The notes beneath the pieces were generated by a model, which did no database searches, was not told the DNA's origin, and saw only the letters and a program-made list of their open reading frames with translations. A DNA stretch of 64,000 bases. Source: Coniocarpon cinnabarinum. Its lineage: Eukaryota. The stretch covers positions 124,001-188,000 of the forward strand of contig JAVECO010000016.1 in NCBI GenBank assembly GCA_051942205.1. The letters run 5' to 3'. Below, in pieces: positions 13,281 through 25,211 of this stretch. The position numbers and the translations under genes were made by a program. Position 1 is the stretch's first letter. The number at the start of each line of letters is the position of its first letter.

Positions 13281-14264
13281 GTGCATTGTATTGAAGGTGG
13301 CATGCAACGTTTCAACAATTCAATTCTAGGCCGCCGCAGACGACGAAATGAAGAGTCGCCGCAGACTGGTAGCACTGGAAGCCTCGGCGTGCAACAGCAT
13401 AGCAGCGATCAGTCCTCGGGGACGCTTACCTGGGCTCAGGTCGGCAGTAACACTACTCCACCGCAACGTGACACAGACACGAGCCATGTACCTATGGAGT
13501 CCGAGCCTTCGGTCCAGCCAGTGAGGCATCAGCTGCAGCAACAGCAAGGATACGACGAACAGGCCGCACTGCGCCTCCAACAGCAGTATCCACTCCAGCA
13601 AGCGGCAGTCGCGCAAGCCCAGGACCAAGCGCAGGACCAACCCCGGTGGGTCACTATAGTCGAGTATCCCCGGCTATACCAACTTCAGGAAGAACCAGAA
13701 CAAGCGCAGCAACAGCAACAGCAACAGCACGGTCACGGTCAGCCACAGGGTCGCGAACAACACCTGCCGTATCCCCCGCATCTGGACGCAGCAACTCTCG
13801 GACAACAGCACCACCGCGCCCTCCAGCAACAGTACGAGATCCATCTCCAACAGCAACAACAATTGCAGCAGGAATACCATCTCGCGGCTCCCCTTCCCGC
13901 CCCCGGGCCTGTCTACTTCTTCTTCGTCGGGAGCCGGGCCAACCCCCTCACTTGGGGTTTTCGCTACCGCCTCCGTCATGTCCCTACCATGAACCATGCG
14001 CATTTGCGGAGTTTCCAGCGACTGGGCTACTCTCCCCAGGGCCGTCCTTTTCATCGTGGCTACATGACTCTGCTGCCGACCGGGAACCCCCGGGATGATG
14101 TATGCGGGAGTGTGGCGACGGCGTTCACATTAGAGGACCAGAATTTGCTACTCGATGGTATGGCATACTGTGAGGAGCCAGCGTACGCGGATGTGGAAGT
14201 GCGGCACGCGGTGCTCGTGAACGTGATCATCTTCATATTGAGACGTGACCTGTGGCCGCAGTGA
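13281..14264 (+). CDS. Gln-rich protein with C-terminal gamma-glutamylcyclotransferase/AIG2-like domain (start uncertain)
   Basis: 327-codon ORF with polyQ tracts. The C-terminal PVYFFFVGSRANP...YMTLLP...DDVCGSV...CEEPAYADVEV resembles the YFFYGSL..V.G.V...YE..Y pattern of the GGCT-like fold. Confidence 0.55.
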   Translation: MHCIEGGMQRFNNSILGRRRRRNEESPQTGSTGSLGVQQHSSDQSSGTLTWAQVGSNTTPPQRDTDTSHVPMESEPSVQPVRHQLQQQQGYDEQAALRLQQQYPLQQAAVAQAQDQAQDQPRWVTIVEYPRLYQLQEEPEQAQQQQQQQHGHGQPQGREQHLPYPPHLDAATLGQQHHRALQQQYEIHLQQQQQLQQEYHLAAPLPAPGPVYFFFVGSRANPLTWGFRYRLRHVPTMNHAHLRSFQRLGYSPQGRPFHRGYMTLLPTGNPRDDVCGSVATAFTLEDQNLLLDGMAYCEEPAYADVEVRHAVLVNVIIFILRRDLWPQ

Positions 14265-14317
14265 GGCACATTAACAGGCGAACAAACGATGTCGTCCAAA
14301 CTGTAACCGGGTAGATC

Positions 14318-14932
14318 TCAAGCCCCATCACCGGCCAACAAGTCCTTCAGCTGCCCAAACATCTTCACGATGCCCTCGTCCTGGCCTGATTCCTTCCACA
14401 GCTTCAGCCGCTCTTCATCGATCCTGCCACGCTCCTCACTTTCTCTCGCCAAACTAATTGTAATCACCAATGCCCCCGCCGACTCGACTCCTCTCATTTT
14501 CATACCTGCGAGGACATCTCGCAAGTGCGCTGCCGCCTTTCCGCCACCATGACCTCCGTACGACACAATACCCGCTGGTTTGCCAGCCCACTCATGGAAC
14601 AGAAAGTCGAGTGCATTCTTCAAGGGCGCCGGAATACTCCAATTGTATTGCGGCGTCACAAAGACGAAGGCGTCGTACTGTCGAATGCAAGCGGACCAAG
14701 CGCGGGTATGCGCATGCGCATAGTGCGGAGTGGGATCTTCCCTTGGGTGTTTGGCGGGCGGATCCGGCTCATCAAAGAGCGGAAGATTGAATGATGCGAT
14801 GTCGACGGTCTCAACAATGATATTCGGCTCTGCAAGTGGTTGAACGAGGTTGCGGACGTGGGCCGTGATAAAAGGGTTGAGGCGGGGCTGACGGACGCTA
14901 GCGGTAATGAGAGCGACACGCTTGGATACCAT
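14318..14932 (-). CDS. NADPH-dependent FMN reductase / flavodoxin-like quinone reductase (Lot6/ArsH-like)
   Basis: Motifs VALITASVRQPR, DAFVFVTPQYNWSIPAPLKNALD and EWAGKPAGIVSYGGHGG; likely ATG at 14932. Confidence 0.9.
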   Translation of the reverse strand: MVSKRVALITASVRQPRLNPFITAHVRNLVQPLAEPNIIVETVDIASFNLPLFDEPDPPAKHPREDPTPHYAHAHTRAWSACIRQYDAFVFVTPQYNWSIPAPLKNALDFLFHEWAGKPAGIVSYGGHGGGKAAAHLRDVLAGMKMRGVESAGALVITISLARESEERGRIDEERLKLWKESGQDEGIVKMFGQLKDLLAGDGA

Positions 14933-15662
14933 TTCGAGGAATTTGTGCTTCTTGCAGTCGATTGTGAGGTGTGATAAGTAAAGGTTTGCCCTCTTTATAT
15001 GTGAAAGGCATTGAAAGGCATGGTGACCAGTCAAGAGCTTTGCGGACATTTGCGGACATTTATTGAGCGGATACTCCGTCCTCACAATCCTGCTTCTGAG
15101 ACGCTTAGATCTGCTGTAGCAACGGTGTCTCACTTCGTTGCTGGGCTTTGATGACACTCAGTCAGCATTAGTAAGAGTATTCATGTGCCGAACAAATGCT
15201 TTCAGGAGTGTATAAGCGTTCTGGCGCCGGAAAAGTTACTACCGTCCACTGTAGCTCTAAATTTACCCGCTGCTTACCCTATTTGCTGGGGTTTCTTGCT
15301 GCAACAAGTCTCTAGCTGTTGGCTGCACTGTTATCGTTGTAGAGTTAGTCAGCGTTGCGGAACGCTGTTCCGCAGTGTAGATTGAGTCGGTCAGGCCTCA
15401 GAGAAGGCAGGTAAGCCTCATGCCTGTTTATCCACTATCACAGACCCGTGAAGATACCAGCATCGAGGGATGTGTATTAGCACACATCTGTACCAGGCCG
15501 CATTGAAGGGTCGGCTACTATCCGAAAAACGTGTATAAAACGGCAAGTTCGCATGAATGACCATCGGAAAGCAACAGGTTGGGCGGAATGGTAACCAAAA
15601 AGCTCTCAGTTTCAAGAAGTCAAGCCCTTCTGACCGTCGTCTTTAGGCGGCCAAAAGTCCAA

Positions 15663-18404
15663 TCATCCCACGATCCATTTGTCATACAAACCCTTTGAGA
15701 GCTGTTTAGGTCTAAGCAAGTCCGAGCCCTTCATATTAATATGGCCATGAACTTCCATATGAGACAACGAAAGCGTTTTGGCATCGTCCTCCGGAACTCG
15801 TCTCAGAGTCGCGAGGGCCTCAAATCTCGTCCAAGCGCCTTGTCGGTGCGGATGCCATTTCTTCACCCGCAAGAGCACTGCTTTGCAAGAACTTGGCTGC
15901 GACGCAAATGACGACTCTGGCAGAATTACCCAATCTGCTTCGTCAGTTTGTGTAACGGTATTGTTTGTACCGGGAAGATACACGCGCACTTCCCAGGTAT
16001 GATCTCTATGAGCGAAGACAAATGGAAGCGTCAGTCGTGTAGGCCGCGGCAGGATACGTAGGCCGTCCAGAGCTGTCGCAATACCCTCGTCATGCCGGTC
16101 GCACATGACGCTCGCCTTTCTCACTCTGAATAGATTGTTGAGAGTGTACGCACTAGGAACATGTTCGGTTCTCTCGATAGGCTTGCCATATGCGCTATTG
16201 ATGCCTAGAAGTGATGTGGGCATCCATCGGCAGCCGTCTTCTTCGTACCGAACCTGGTCTACAAAAAGGATGTCACGGGGGACGTACTGCAGCATCTGAA
16301 ACAATGTTTTGTATCGGTCTTCCTTGGTCGAACTTTGTTTCTTCACATCTGCGGCTGCGCCAGCTCGCCAAGAGAGGAGTGATGCCAGAACCAGGGGCTC
16401 GTCAGTGGACCTGCTGCAGTTCCGATAGTACATACCTCGCATACACCGGGCCAGTCTTTCGCCCTTTAAGTCTCCAGACCAGTCTACGGTCATTTCTTCA
16501 AGAAAGGCAAAAATGGCATGCCAGACTTGGTTGAGGACCTTGTATAAGCGCTTATCGACATGCGCAAGGGCTTCCACAATGGGTGAGGTGATTTGTTTTT
16601 TATCACCACGACTGCCGTGTTCCGAGACGAACCATTTCACCTTCTGAGCTTTCTTCACGGGATGCTTCTTGGGAAGTTGGCTGCGGCTTTTCCAAGAGCT
16701 GAGCTTATACCTGCTTTGGACTTCATCGTGCAGCCCAGGCCATGAGATGGTCCTGTCTTGGAATTGAAAGAGCGTGCGATCCTTGTCGCACCCTTCCTGA
16801 AAGGTCCAAAGTCTTCTGGACCATGTAGATGCCATGAGTTGCGCTCCAATTTCTTCTACTGGCATGTTCTTGGTTGATATTGATAAGAGGCTTCGATCGA
16901 GGACCAAGACTTTCGAAGCTCCTTTGTAGATATACTCCATGTTTCGCAATGCTAGATCTTTGGCATCATTTTGCCTCTCCACTTGCTCCGCATTTGAGGA
17001 TTTCGAGAACACCGGGATCATCAAGGTATCGATCCAGAATGGTACAGGATGATGAGACTTGCTGTACAAACCATTTGCCATGCTCTGCAATCGGTTGAGC
17101 TGGCAAACTGGAAGCTTGTTTGCGGAGGGGTTGCCGAGACCATCGCCCCAGACATGGCTTATGGCTACAAGATTCCATCCAGAAGCAGGTAAGCTGAGCA
17201 TTCCTGAGGTCTTTGCTTTCATGAAAGGTACAATGACTGTCTTGGTCTGCCCATCTACAAAAGTAACAGCAGGTACTCTCTTAGCCCACTCGGTGCGCAT
17301 TCCTGATACCCGCCGTTCCACTGTCTGCACTGGCCTGAGCTGAAGAGTTTGCGACTTGAATCTTTCTAGGCGTGAAGGCCTTGCACGGGTTGATTCAATG
17401 CTAGCTGGGTCCGAAATATGCTGCTCTAAGCTATCTGTCTCGAACGTTTTCATATCTAGCTCCTCGCGATCAGCGTCGAACGGCTGCAATGTTGACAGCG
17501 GTTCAGCATCGTAATCGTTGCCATACTCGACTGGTACGTCGCCTTCCCGAAATCCAATCATTTCGCAGTCACAATCATCGTGTACATGACGGGTTCGGTA
17601 AGCCGTCTTATCTGTGACTTGGTAGGCGATGCATTCGCGCTCTGTGCAGTCCGCGTGGGACACTTCGGCATGGCCACGATCGAGCTGGCTAAAAAAGGCT
17701 ACCTCGGGTAGTCTTCCGCTGATGAGGTGACTGACATTCTTGCGCTCGTGAGGACACCATTGGTCGCTAAGTCTGAAGTCGAGTACGCTTTGCAAGCGAA
17801 AGCCGTCGTAATTAACGAATTGGAACTCCTGTTGAGTTTCAATCTGGACTGGACGAAATATCACGTGGTGCGCGCGCGCCAAGGTAGCGCCGAGGATCAA
17901 GATGCTGTCCCAGATGGATGGCTCAACTGCAGTCAGCTTGATCTCGTCGCGTAGAACATCACGGTGCCGCCGAAGTAGACTGTGCGAATTTGCGATGCGC
18001 AAATGGGCTTTTTGGAGTTCTTCATTGCCGTACGCTGCGACTTGGTTGGTGGGGCGCTTATCTCTCATGAGCGATTGATGGCGATTGTGCTCGTAGATCA
18101 CTGCAGCTACCAGGTAGTCTTGCAGCAATCTGGTTGTCACAAAAGTTTCGCCATCAACTTCCTCAAGGAAATCCTTCTGCGACACCGGTAGCGACCATTC
18201 CGCAAAATACGCTTGGAGCAGGCCAAAAAACAGCCAGTTCTGGACGAAGCTAGAATATGCACGACTTCGGTCGCGAGAGGGTGGAACCACTACTCGCGAA
18301 TCAAAATCACAGAATGAGCCGCTGAATGCGAATTTCTCCTCTTCAAAGTAGGGGACCCGAGGCAACCTGGATGTTGGGTCTCGGACAGTTGGCAGGTGAT
18401 CCAT
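15663..18404 (-). CDS. HET (heterokaryon incompatibility) domain protein, intronless, 913 aa
   Basis: HET motifs AISHVWGDGLGNP, PFWIDTLMIP, MEYIYKGASKVLVLD and WSRRLWTFQEG; N-terminal QNWLFFGLL and H..C....C motifs typical of this subfamily. Confidence 0.92.
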   Translation of the reverse strand: MDHLPTVRDPTSRLPRVPYFEEEKFAFSGSFCDFDSRVVVPPSRDRSRAYSSFVQNWLFFGLLQAYFAEWSLPVSQKDFLEEVDGETFVTTRLLQDYLVAAVIYEHNRHQSLMRDKRPTNQVAAYGNEELQKAHLRIANSHSLLRRHRDVLRDEIKLTAVEPSIWDSILILGATLARAHHVIFRPVQIETQQEFQFVNYDGFRLQSVLDFRLSDQWCPHERKNVSHLISGRLPEVAFFSQLDRGHAEVSHADCTERECIAYQVTDKTAYRTRHVHDDCDCEMIGFREGDVPVEYGNDYDAEPLSTLQPFDADREELDMKTFETDSLEQHISDPASIESTRARPSRLERFKSQTLQLRPVQTVERRVSGMRTEWAKRVPAVTFVDGQTKTVIVPFMKAKTSGMLSLPASGWNLVAISHVWGDGLGNPSANKLPVCQLNRLQSMANGLYSKSHHPVPFWIDTLMIPVFSKSSNAEQVERQNDAKDLALRNMEYIYKGASKVLVLDRSLLSISTKNMPVEEIGAQLMASTWSRRLWTFQEGCDKDRTLFQFQDRTISWPGLHDEVQSRYKLSSWKSRSQLPKKHPVKKAQKVKWFVSEHGSRGDKKQITSPIVEALAHVDKRLYKVLNQVWHAIFAFLEEMTVDWSGDLKGERLARCMRGMYYRNCSRSTDEPLVLASLLSWRAGAAADVKKQSSTKEDRYKTLFQMLQYVPRDILFVDQVRYEEDGCRWMPTSLLGINSAYGKPIERTEHVPSAYTLNNLFRVRKASVMCDRHDEGIATALDGLRILPRPTRLTLPFVFAHRDHTWEVRVYLPGTNNTVTQTDEADWVILPESSFASQPSSCKAVLLRVKKWHPHRQGAWTRFEALATLRRVPEDDAKTLSLSHMEVHGHINMKGSDLLRPKQLSKGLYDKWIVG

Positions 18405-20262
18405 GGTTGCTGCTACACCCCTTCAAAGAAGTCAGTGATTGCTAAAAGGAATAGAAAAGTAAGAAGAGCAAGTCGAGTGCAGTCTGTGCTTCTCGTGGGC
18501 AGCCGCGTAATTGCATATTATGGAGACTGGGAGATTGGGCTGCGATATAGCCCTCGGGCTGCAGCCCGTGTTTGTAGCATCGAGGGGGCCAAGTAGGCCG
18601 AAGGTAGCATTGACAGATGCTTCCATCAATGTCAACATTTTAATCACGGGACGAATCGGCGTGACACCTCCATTTGATGGCGGTCTGAATGGTCAATGGA
18701 ATTCCTCATAAAGCGGCGGGCACCTTGCCTGGGTCTGAGGGACATGTTGCTGAAGCAACACTAAGCGGGCCTCCTATGGATCCAAGAACAGAAAGAATGG
18801 GGTTGCCTTGCTTAGAAAACAGCCTGAGACAATGGATACCAAGCCGATTGGCTTGCAATGCTCGAGTGAAAGAAGCCACTGAAAACACGACGAGCACATC
18901 ACGCTAAGCAGCGGATATTTCGTCACGTGCAGGTGCCAGCCACTTCGATATTAATCGAAGGGGATTTTCATGACTCCACGGTCCTAAATCCCGGTCGACA
19001 ACGGCCAAGTCTCGCTTCCAGAGCCTCGAGCCATATCTGAAGCGTAAGACGAAGCCGAAAAGGGGCCGCAACTTCGCGCAGAAGTCTGGTGTATATGGTA
19101 TGATGTTGCTGTCCCCGTAAGTAGTCTGTCTGCCTTGCTATCTTGTTGTGGCTTGCCGGTACCTACAGAGCGCTGCACCGCCGAGAAAGAGATTCTACAC
19201 AAGTTTGCGCGTATGATCAGAGTTGTTGCGAATGTGATGCAGTCATGTGGGACACAAACTCGGATAGAGTGGGCTTGTGGCTGCAACCGCGGCTCGTGCT
19301 GTCAAATGACGCAGCCTGTTACGGTATTCGCGGTGGCGTTACCATCTTCTTTGACCCTGCGCGTATGGTCGTTGGAGCCGACTAGAGGCCGGGACGAACC
19401 CTCAAGGTCCTTAGCATGGCAAACCTCGGGCGTGAGCCTGGTCGACGAACGTGGCTTCATCACTGATCCCTCGTCCAAGAGGAGTGTCGTTTGTGATCCG
19501 ACTTCAGCGGCATCCCATGATGGGCGCATACCGGTGTTTGATCAATGACGAAGACATTGATGCGTAAGTTGGTGCGGTCGAGGATGCGCTTGCTAGCGGC
19601 ACAAGTAGAAAATGATCACTGCAAAGTCGTAGGCAATACTTCACGCTCTTTCATAGTCTGACCTGACCATCATATGACGCTCTGTGTGCGGCAATGTCCT
19701 GTTTGGCATTGCAGCGTTTGTTGACATAACAAAGCGAGAATTACCGAGCTACGCATGCACAAGGAAAAGCATCATCACCGCGAGCCGCAGGCAATACTTC
19801 AAGCCTCTTCACAGCCTAATCTCACCGTCAAATGACGCCATGTGCGCCGCGACTTGTTGTTCAGCATGGCAGCGTTTCTTGAGGCAATTTGGCGAGAACG
19901 AGCAAGCCACGCCCACCGCCTGTCACAGCATTTACCTCTGATGAATGATTGGTGCAGCAATGAAACCGACCAGTGCCCAAGCCATGCTCGATGAGCGAAA
20001 CAATGATCACGAGCAAGCTCGTTTGATATCGCGACCTGCTGCATCCCAGGTGTCTGCAGGCGTCGGGCGTCCAATATTGCGTTCAATGCGTCGAAGACAT
20101 ATTTAAACGTGTCTCGCGTAGTATGGTTTCTCATTAAGCTCCAATCAACACAGCCTACCACCAATATTTGTGACTTACCAGTCTGTACACTTGACGGGAC
20201 TCTTCCTGCCATACGAGCAACAACAGGAACGTGCCTTTCAATCACGCCTACGCTCACTCGCT

Positions 20263-20640
20263 ATGAGTGGTACCGGCCCAACCAAAGAAGGGGAAAAGTG
20301 GAGGGAGCAGGCAAATGAGTTGAAGGAAGAACACGATCCTCTCCTCGCAGAGCATCAGAAGCCCTCTGCCAAGAAGGCGGCTGTGGTCAAGAAGGAGGAT
20401 GAGGAAGCCGATGTCAAGAGAGAGGATGAGGCGACCGTTGTCAAGAACGAGGAGGAGGCTACCAGTTCCAGCAACGCAGGCGAGACTAGTGGCTCGTACA
20501 AGGTAGGGCATCCTAAACAATCAATGATAAGTCACAAAAATAACAATAGCTAGACGGAGTCTACTTGAAAGCGGCTCCACCAACGCGAAGAAGACTGGGA
20601 GCCGAGTTCGACCTGGGACAACGAGCCGGCACAAGTTAGG
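20263..20640 (+). CDS. Possible small orphan protein (K/E-rich); 3' exon structure unresolved
   Basis: ATG at 20263 opens MSGTGPTKEGEKWREQANELKEEH..., with repeated VVK(K/N)EDEEA units and a candidate donor gtaggg at 20503. Confidence 0.3.
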
Positions 20641-21977
20641 CCGGAAATGGATCTGGCCTCCGGCATGCGAAGGGTGCCACGCAGAGACAAGTGGCGGCCA
20701 ACGCAGGAAACCATCTTGGTTATCAGGACAATACTGTCACCCGATTGGTGATCGACGGGTCTGTACCCGTACCCGAACTGTGGGACCCTATGACCTTAAT
20801 GACGCATTGGTGGTCCAGCCAAGCGTCTTTCCGGCCGAGATCAGCCATACTCTAATTCAAACTAATGAGCCTATTCATTCTTTGGAATGGCCTGGACTGA
20901 TAGTCGTTGAATGTGATGAGAGATCTTAGTCTACCAGCACATCTTGCTCGAGTCTTACCGAAAGATGGACTCCCTGAGCAATGTGCTATCAACGTGGCCT
21001 ATAAGCTCAAGCTTAGTTTTGGGTATGGCATGCTTCAATTACCGTGTGATTCACAAATCGCCTGACAAGGGGTGCACCCCCAGAGCATCAAAGTTGAACG
21101 GAATGGCAGGAAGGGCTGGACGAGCAGCCGCGCTTCCTCCACCAGAGCCGCGAAGATCGCTTAGATCCATGCACTTATCTGCACACGTTCAAGTCTGAAG
21201 TGTGAATTCATTGTTATAGACTCCAGGATTCAAGAAGCTGGTCTTGACTACACGTGCACACGGCCGAAGTTGAGAATGTCAAGTCTTGATGTATGGGACC
21301 ACGGGGTCAGACATCACGCTTGCAACCGTCTTGACTTATACGGATGATCTCAAAATCAGTCTATGTTTTAGATGCTCCCCTGAAACATGATCTCTTCGAG
21401 AAGCCCACGTATGGAGATGCTTGCAAGCTGAGGGTAATGCACCGATGCAGACTCTTGACTGATAACAAGGTTCAAGGAATGCGTCTTCAGTTCACACGGA
21501 TCGGCCTTAGCAATGCGCACGCGCACTACGCAGAAACAAGCCCACAAGAAGCTGATCACCCTATCAAAGTAACATTGAGAGCCGTACGGACCACAATTTG
21601 GCTTTACCGCTGCAACCCACCGAAGAGTATGCAAGCCGCATTCTATGAGCGACTGTTTGGACTTGTCGAAAAGCCTGCCTTTGCAGGTTCAGGTTCCTGC
21701 GCAGACATGAAGCTGAGCAGGTCTTGGAGCTAGCCTTATTCGAGGTCCTCACTCGCTGCGGCGTAGCACAGTATACGTGCGGCGAAGTATCTGTGAACAT
21801 CATATAGGCTCAGGACATTTCCATCACTGGTTTCTATTCTATCATTGAAGGAGCCTTTCAGATTGCTGACGATGATGTCAGTTCATCAAGTCTATCTTTG
21901 AATATTCCTGCAAGCCTGCTATCCCTGTATCTTTAGTAGACTAACAGGCGCAGAACACTGAGCACGCGCCATAGAAA

Positions 21978-23969
21978 ATGGCTCTCGACGTGCTCGTGAT
22001 CAGTGCGGGTACGTGTTGATTCTTACGAACCCCTTGCTACCCCCCCTACGGTGAACGACACTCACCTGCACAGGGATCTCCGGTCTCTCTTTCGCATCTG
22101 TATATCTCGAGATCCACCCAACAGCCAACCTCACGATTCTCGAGAAAGAGGTCAGTCATTCTCAGCAGATTCTAGCGCTCATTGATACTAAGCAGGCAAC
22201 GAAAGGAAGTGCTTGGCGGAACATGGAACCGTAGTATGAGTTACAATTTCAACCACTTTGACTGCGTAGGTACTCCTCTAAATAGTTACCAGGACGACTG
22301 TACAATCACTTTTGGACACAATGGTCTGTTGGCATTGGCGAGTTCGCCGACAAGCCAATGCGCACGCCTCCTGAAGAGGACCAATATAATGGCTTCTTCA
22401 AAGCGCATCATACCACAGCTTATCTCGAGCAATATGCAAGCGACCATACCTACAATGGGAAATCGCTAGAAAGCCGCATGAAGTTCTGCACTACCGTGGT
22501 GAACGTCCAAAAGAACGGCGGTGGCTGGGTCGTCGATACTGTCCACAATCGAAACTCGCAGCGCTTTGTTCTGGAAACCAGCAAACTAGTTATTGCAAGC
22601 GGGATGACTTCAGTACCGAAAGCACCGCACCTGAACGGCAAAGATATTTTCCCAGGACCAATCATTCACACGCTCGATTTTGGATCGTCACAAGTCCTGA
22701 CGACCCCGGATATCGAGCACATCACTGTTCTGGGCGGCGGAAAGTCCGGTGCGGATATGGTCTATGCCTGCGCCAAAGCAGGCAAACGTGTAGCCTGGAT
22801 TGTCAAACCTAGCGGTACTGGACCAGCGACGTTCGCTACACCAAAAGGGAAGGGACCTTTCCAGAATTCATTCGAGCTCGGTAAGATACTCTACTCGATA
22901 ACAACTGATGATGAGTGAGACTAACGGCTTCAGTCTGCATCAGGGCTGCGGAGGCGATACAGCCATCGTACCTTGGATCCGACAACTTTTGGTCAGCTTT
23001 TCTCCATCGCACAAGTATTGGGCAATGGCTTACGTCCAAGCTTTGGGGCGCAATGGACGCTGAGATTGCAGCTGCGAATCACTCGTCGCGGAAGGGGTTT
23101 GATCAGCTCGTTCCGCACACCTCGTGAGTTCCTAACCTACTCTGCGCTTCTCTCCTCAATCGCCGTGTTGATGATCGTTAAGTGTATTTTGGCACAGCAG
23201 CGCCGTCGGACTGCTTAATCACGAGGACTTTTACAAAGTCCTGACAAACTCCATGGATTTGTTCAATGACGAGATCGATCATCTCAGGGGTCGAGAGGTT
23301 TGCCTGAAGTCAGGGAAGTGTCTTCAAACAGACGCAATTCTTTTGGGCACAGGGTGGCGGAACTCTCTCGACTATATGTCTCCTTCACTTCGCGCTAGTC
23401 TTGGGCTTCCATACCTACTTACCGCGGAGCTAAACAGAGACGAGGCGACCGCTGCTCGAAGGTGGTTCCAGCGTGAGCAAGACGCCGATGTGAACATCAC
23501 GGCCGCCTTTCCTGTCCTCGCAGATCCTCCAACTGCGCATGCGCGAAGTCCAGTTCATGAATCGCCCTTCCGGCTGTACAATCTCGTCGTATCACTAGAC
23601 GATGATACCCGATCATTCGCCTGTATTGGTCAGATCAACACAAGCAGTTACTTCCGCACAGGCGAGATCCAGTCGTTATGGGTGACTGCTTATTTCGACG
23701 GCAAGCTGACGCTGCCACCGCTGGAGCAACGCGCGGACGACGTTGCTCATTTCGTAGCGTGGAATCGAAAGAGGTACTTGAGAAGCGGTGAAGAAGGGAA
23801 CGTTGTTGTCTTTGACACGTTGCGCTATACAGATCGCTTGTTGGATGAAGTGGGGTTGGAGTCATATCACAAAGGCTGGCTTGCGCATTATTTGACGCCG
23901 AACCGCGCTCGTGACTATGCGGGACTGAGGGATGAGTACGTTCAGCGCTTTGGGCGCTGTATGTACTGA
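21978..23969 (+). CDS. FAD/NADPH-dependent flavin monooxygenase (FMO/class B), multi-exon
   Basis: Spliced N-terminus MALDVLVISAGISG...TILEKE|EVLGGTWN. FMO signature FPGPIIHTLDF (FxGxxxHxxxF), NADPH motif VLGGGKSG, and DAILLGTGW. Confidence 0.88.
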
Positions 23970-23995
23970 GGTCACAGACATGTATACAAGGCTCT

Positions 23996-25211
23996 TCACT
24001 CATCCGTACTTACCTGACCGGCAAATTGCTGAGTCTGACTAGCACACCACGCGACAAAGCGTGCACCCAGCCCAGTGCCGTCCTCCTCTTCCGGTTTCGT
24101 TGCTGCGAGTACATCCGCGCGGACGGTGCCCAGCCGTCCCCAAGGCCAGACACACACAACTTGATTCTTCCTAGACGCCTCTTCTGCCACTTCCGGCGCG
24201 AGACCAGCCCACAGCTCAGTATGTGCACCGTTGATTGCTGGATATAAAAGCAACCACTCCTGCGCCTCACTATCAGATCGGAAAGTTGTCTTGTTGACCC
24301 GGCTCATGGGGGATTTAACAAGGACTCACAGTCATCAGCTCGCCAACTCCAGTCCAGTGCCGTTGCAACTCTGTTTTCAAGTTGCCTGGGTTGAATGCTA
24401 CATGCACAACACCAGACTCTAACGTCTTCCGCCCAAACTCTGCTGCTAAGAGAATGTTCCCGACCTTCGTCTGGGCGTAGTTGGTCTCGACGCCCAGATC
24501 TTGCGGAGCTCCTTCACTAGTAAGCTTCATTCCACCGGGCTTGGGCGCGAGGACATCGACACCGACGGAGGCGGCCCAGGCAACGCGGACGGAGCCGGGA
24601 TTAGCGGACTGAGCAGTACGCACGAGTAACGGCTCGAGCAGCGTGGACAGAAGGTACGGTCCTAGACAGTTGGTGCCGACTTGGAGCTCGTGCTGCTGTG
24701 CTGTCGTGCTACCAGCAGCTGGAAACATCACCTGGAAGAAGTGAGGTCAGTCGCGGTGATCATTTGAACAGAACAACATAGCCAAGCGTGTGGGTCAGGG
24801 AGCATAGCTGACCCCTGCATTGTTGACGAGAACATCGAGTCTCTCTTCACGCTCCAGGAAGCGATCTACGGCGGGTTTGATGGTCTCCAAGTCCGCAAGA
24901 TCGAGTCGCATGAACTCAACGCGGCCCGAACTCTTCGTATGCGCGTCTCTGATCCTGGCGAGAGCCTTGTTCGCCTTTTCTTGAGAGCGGCCGGCGAGGT
25001 ATACGGTGGCATTAAGAGCATATAAAATGCGGCTCAGCTCATAACCAATACCAGTGTAGCCTCCCGTGACGATGAAGACCTGGGATACATGTGAGCACAC
25101 AGGGTGCAATGTGCGATACGTAGTTCATACACGGCCACTCTGATCAGGACAGCTCTGCTCGGTGAGAGCTGCATTCGGAATGCGGAAGGACTGCGAGAGA
25201 AACGCGCCCAT
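23996..25211 (-). CDS. Short-chain dehydrogenase/reductase (retinol-DH/WWOX-like), 4 exons
   Basis: MGAFLSQSF...PDQSGR|VFIVTGGYTGIG, LDVLVNNAG, catalytic YAQTK, NPGNLKTEL and GAHTELWAG. Confidence 0.9.

Noticed and set aside
14933..15157. N-terminal extension of the 279-aa FMN reductase ORF
   Set aside because: Family similarity starts at MVSKRVALI (ATG 14932). The upstream part contains a TATA-like element and looks like promoter/UTR.
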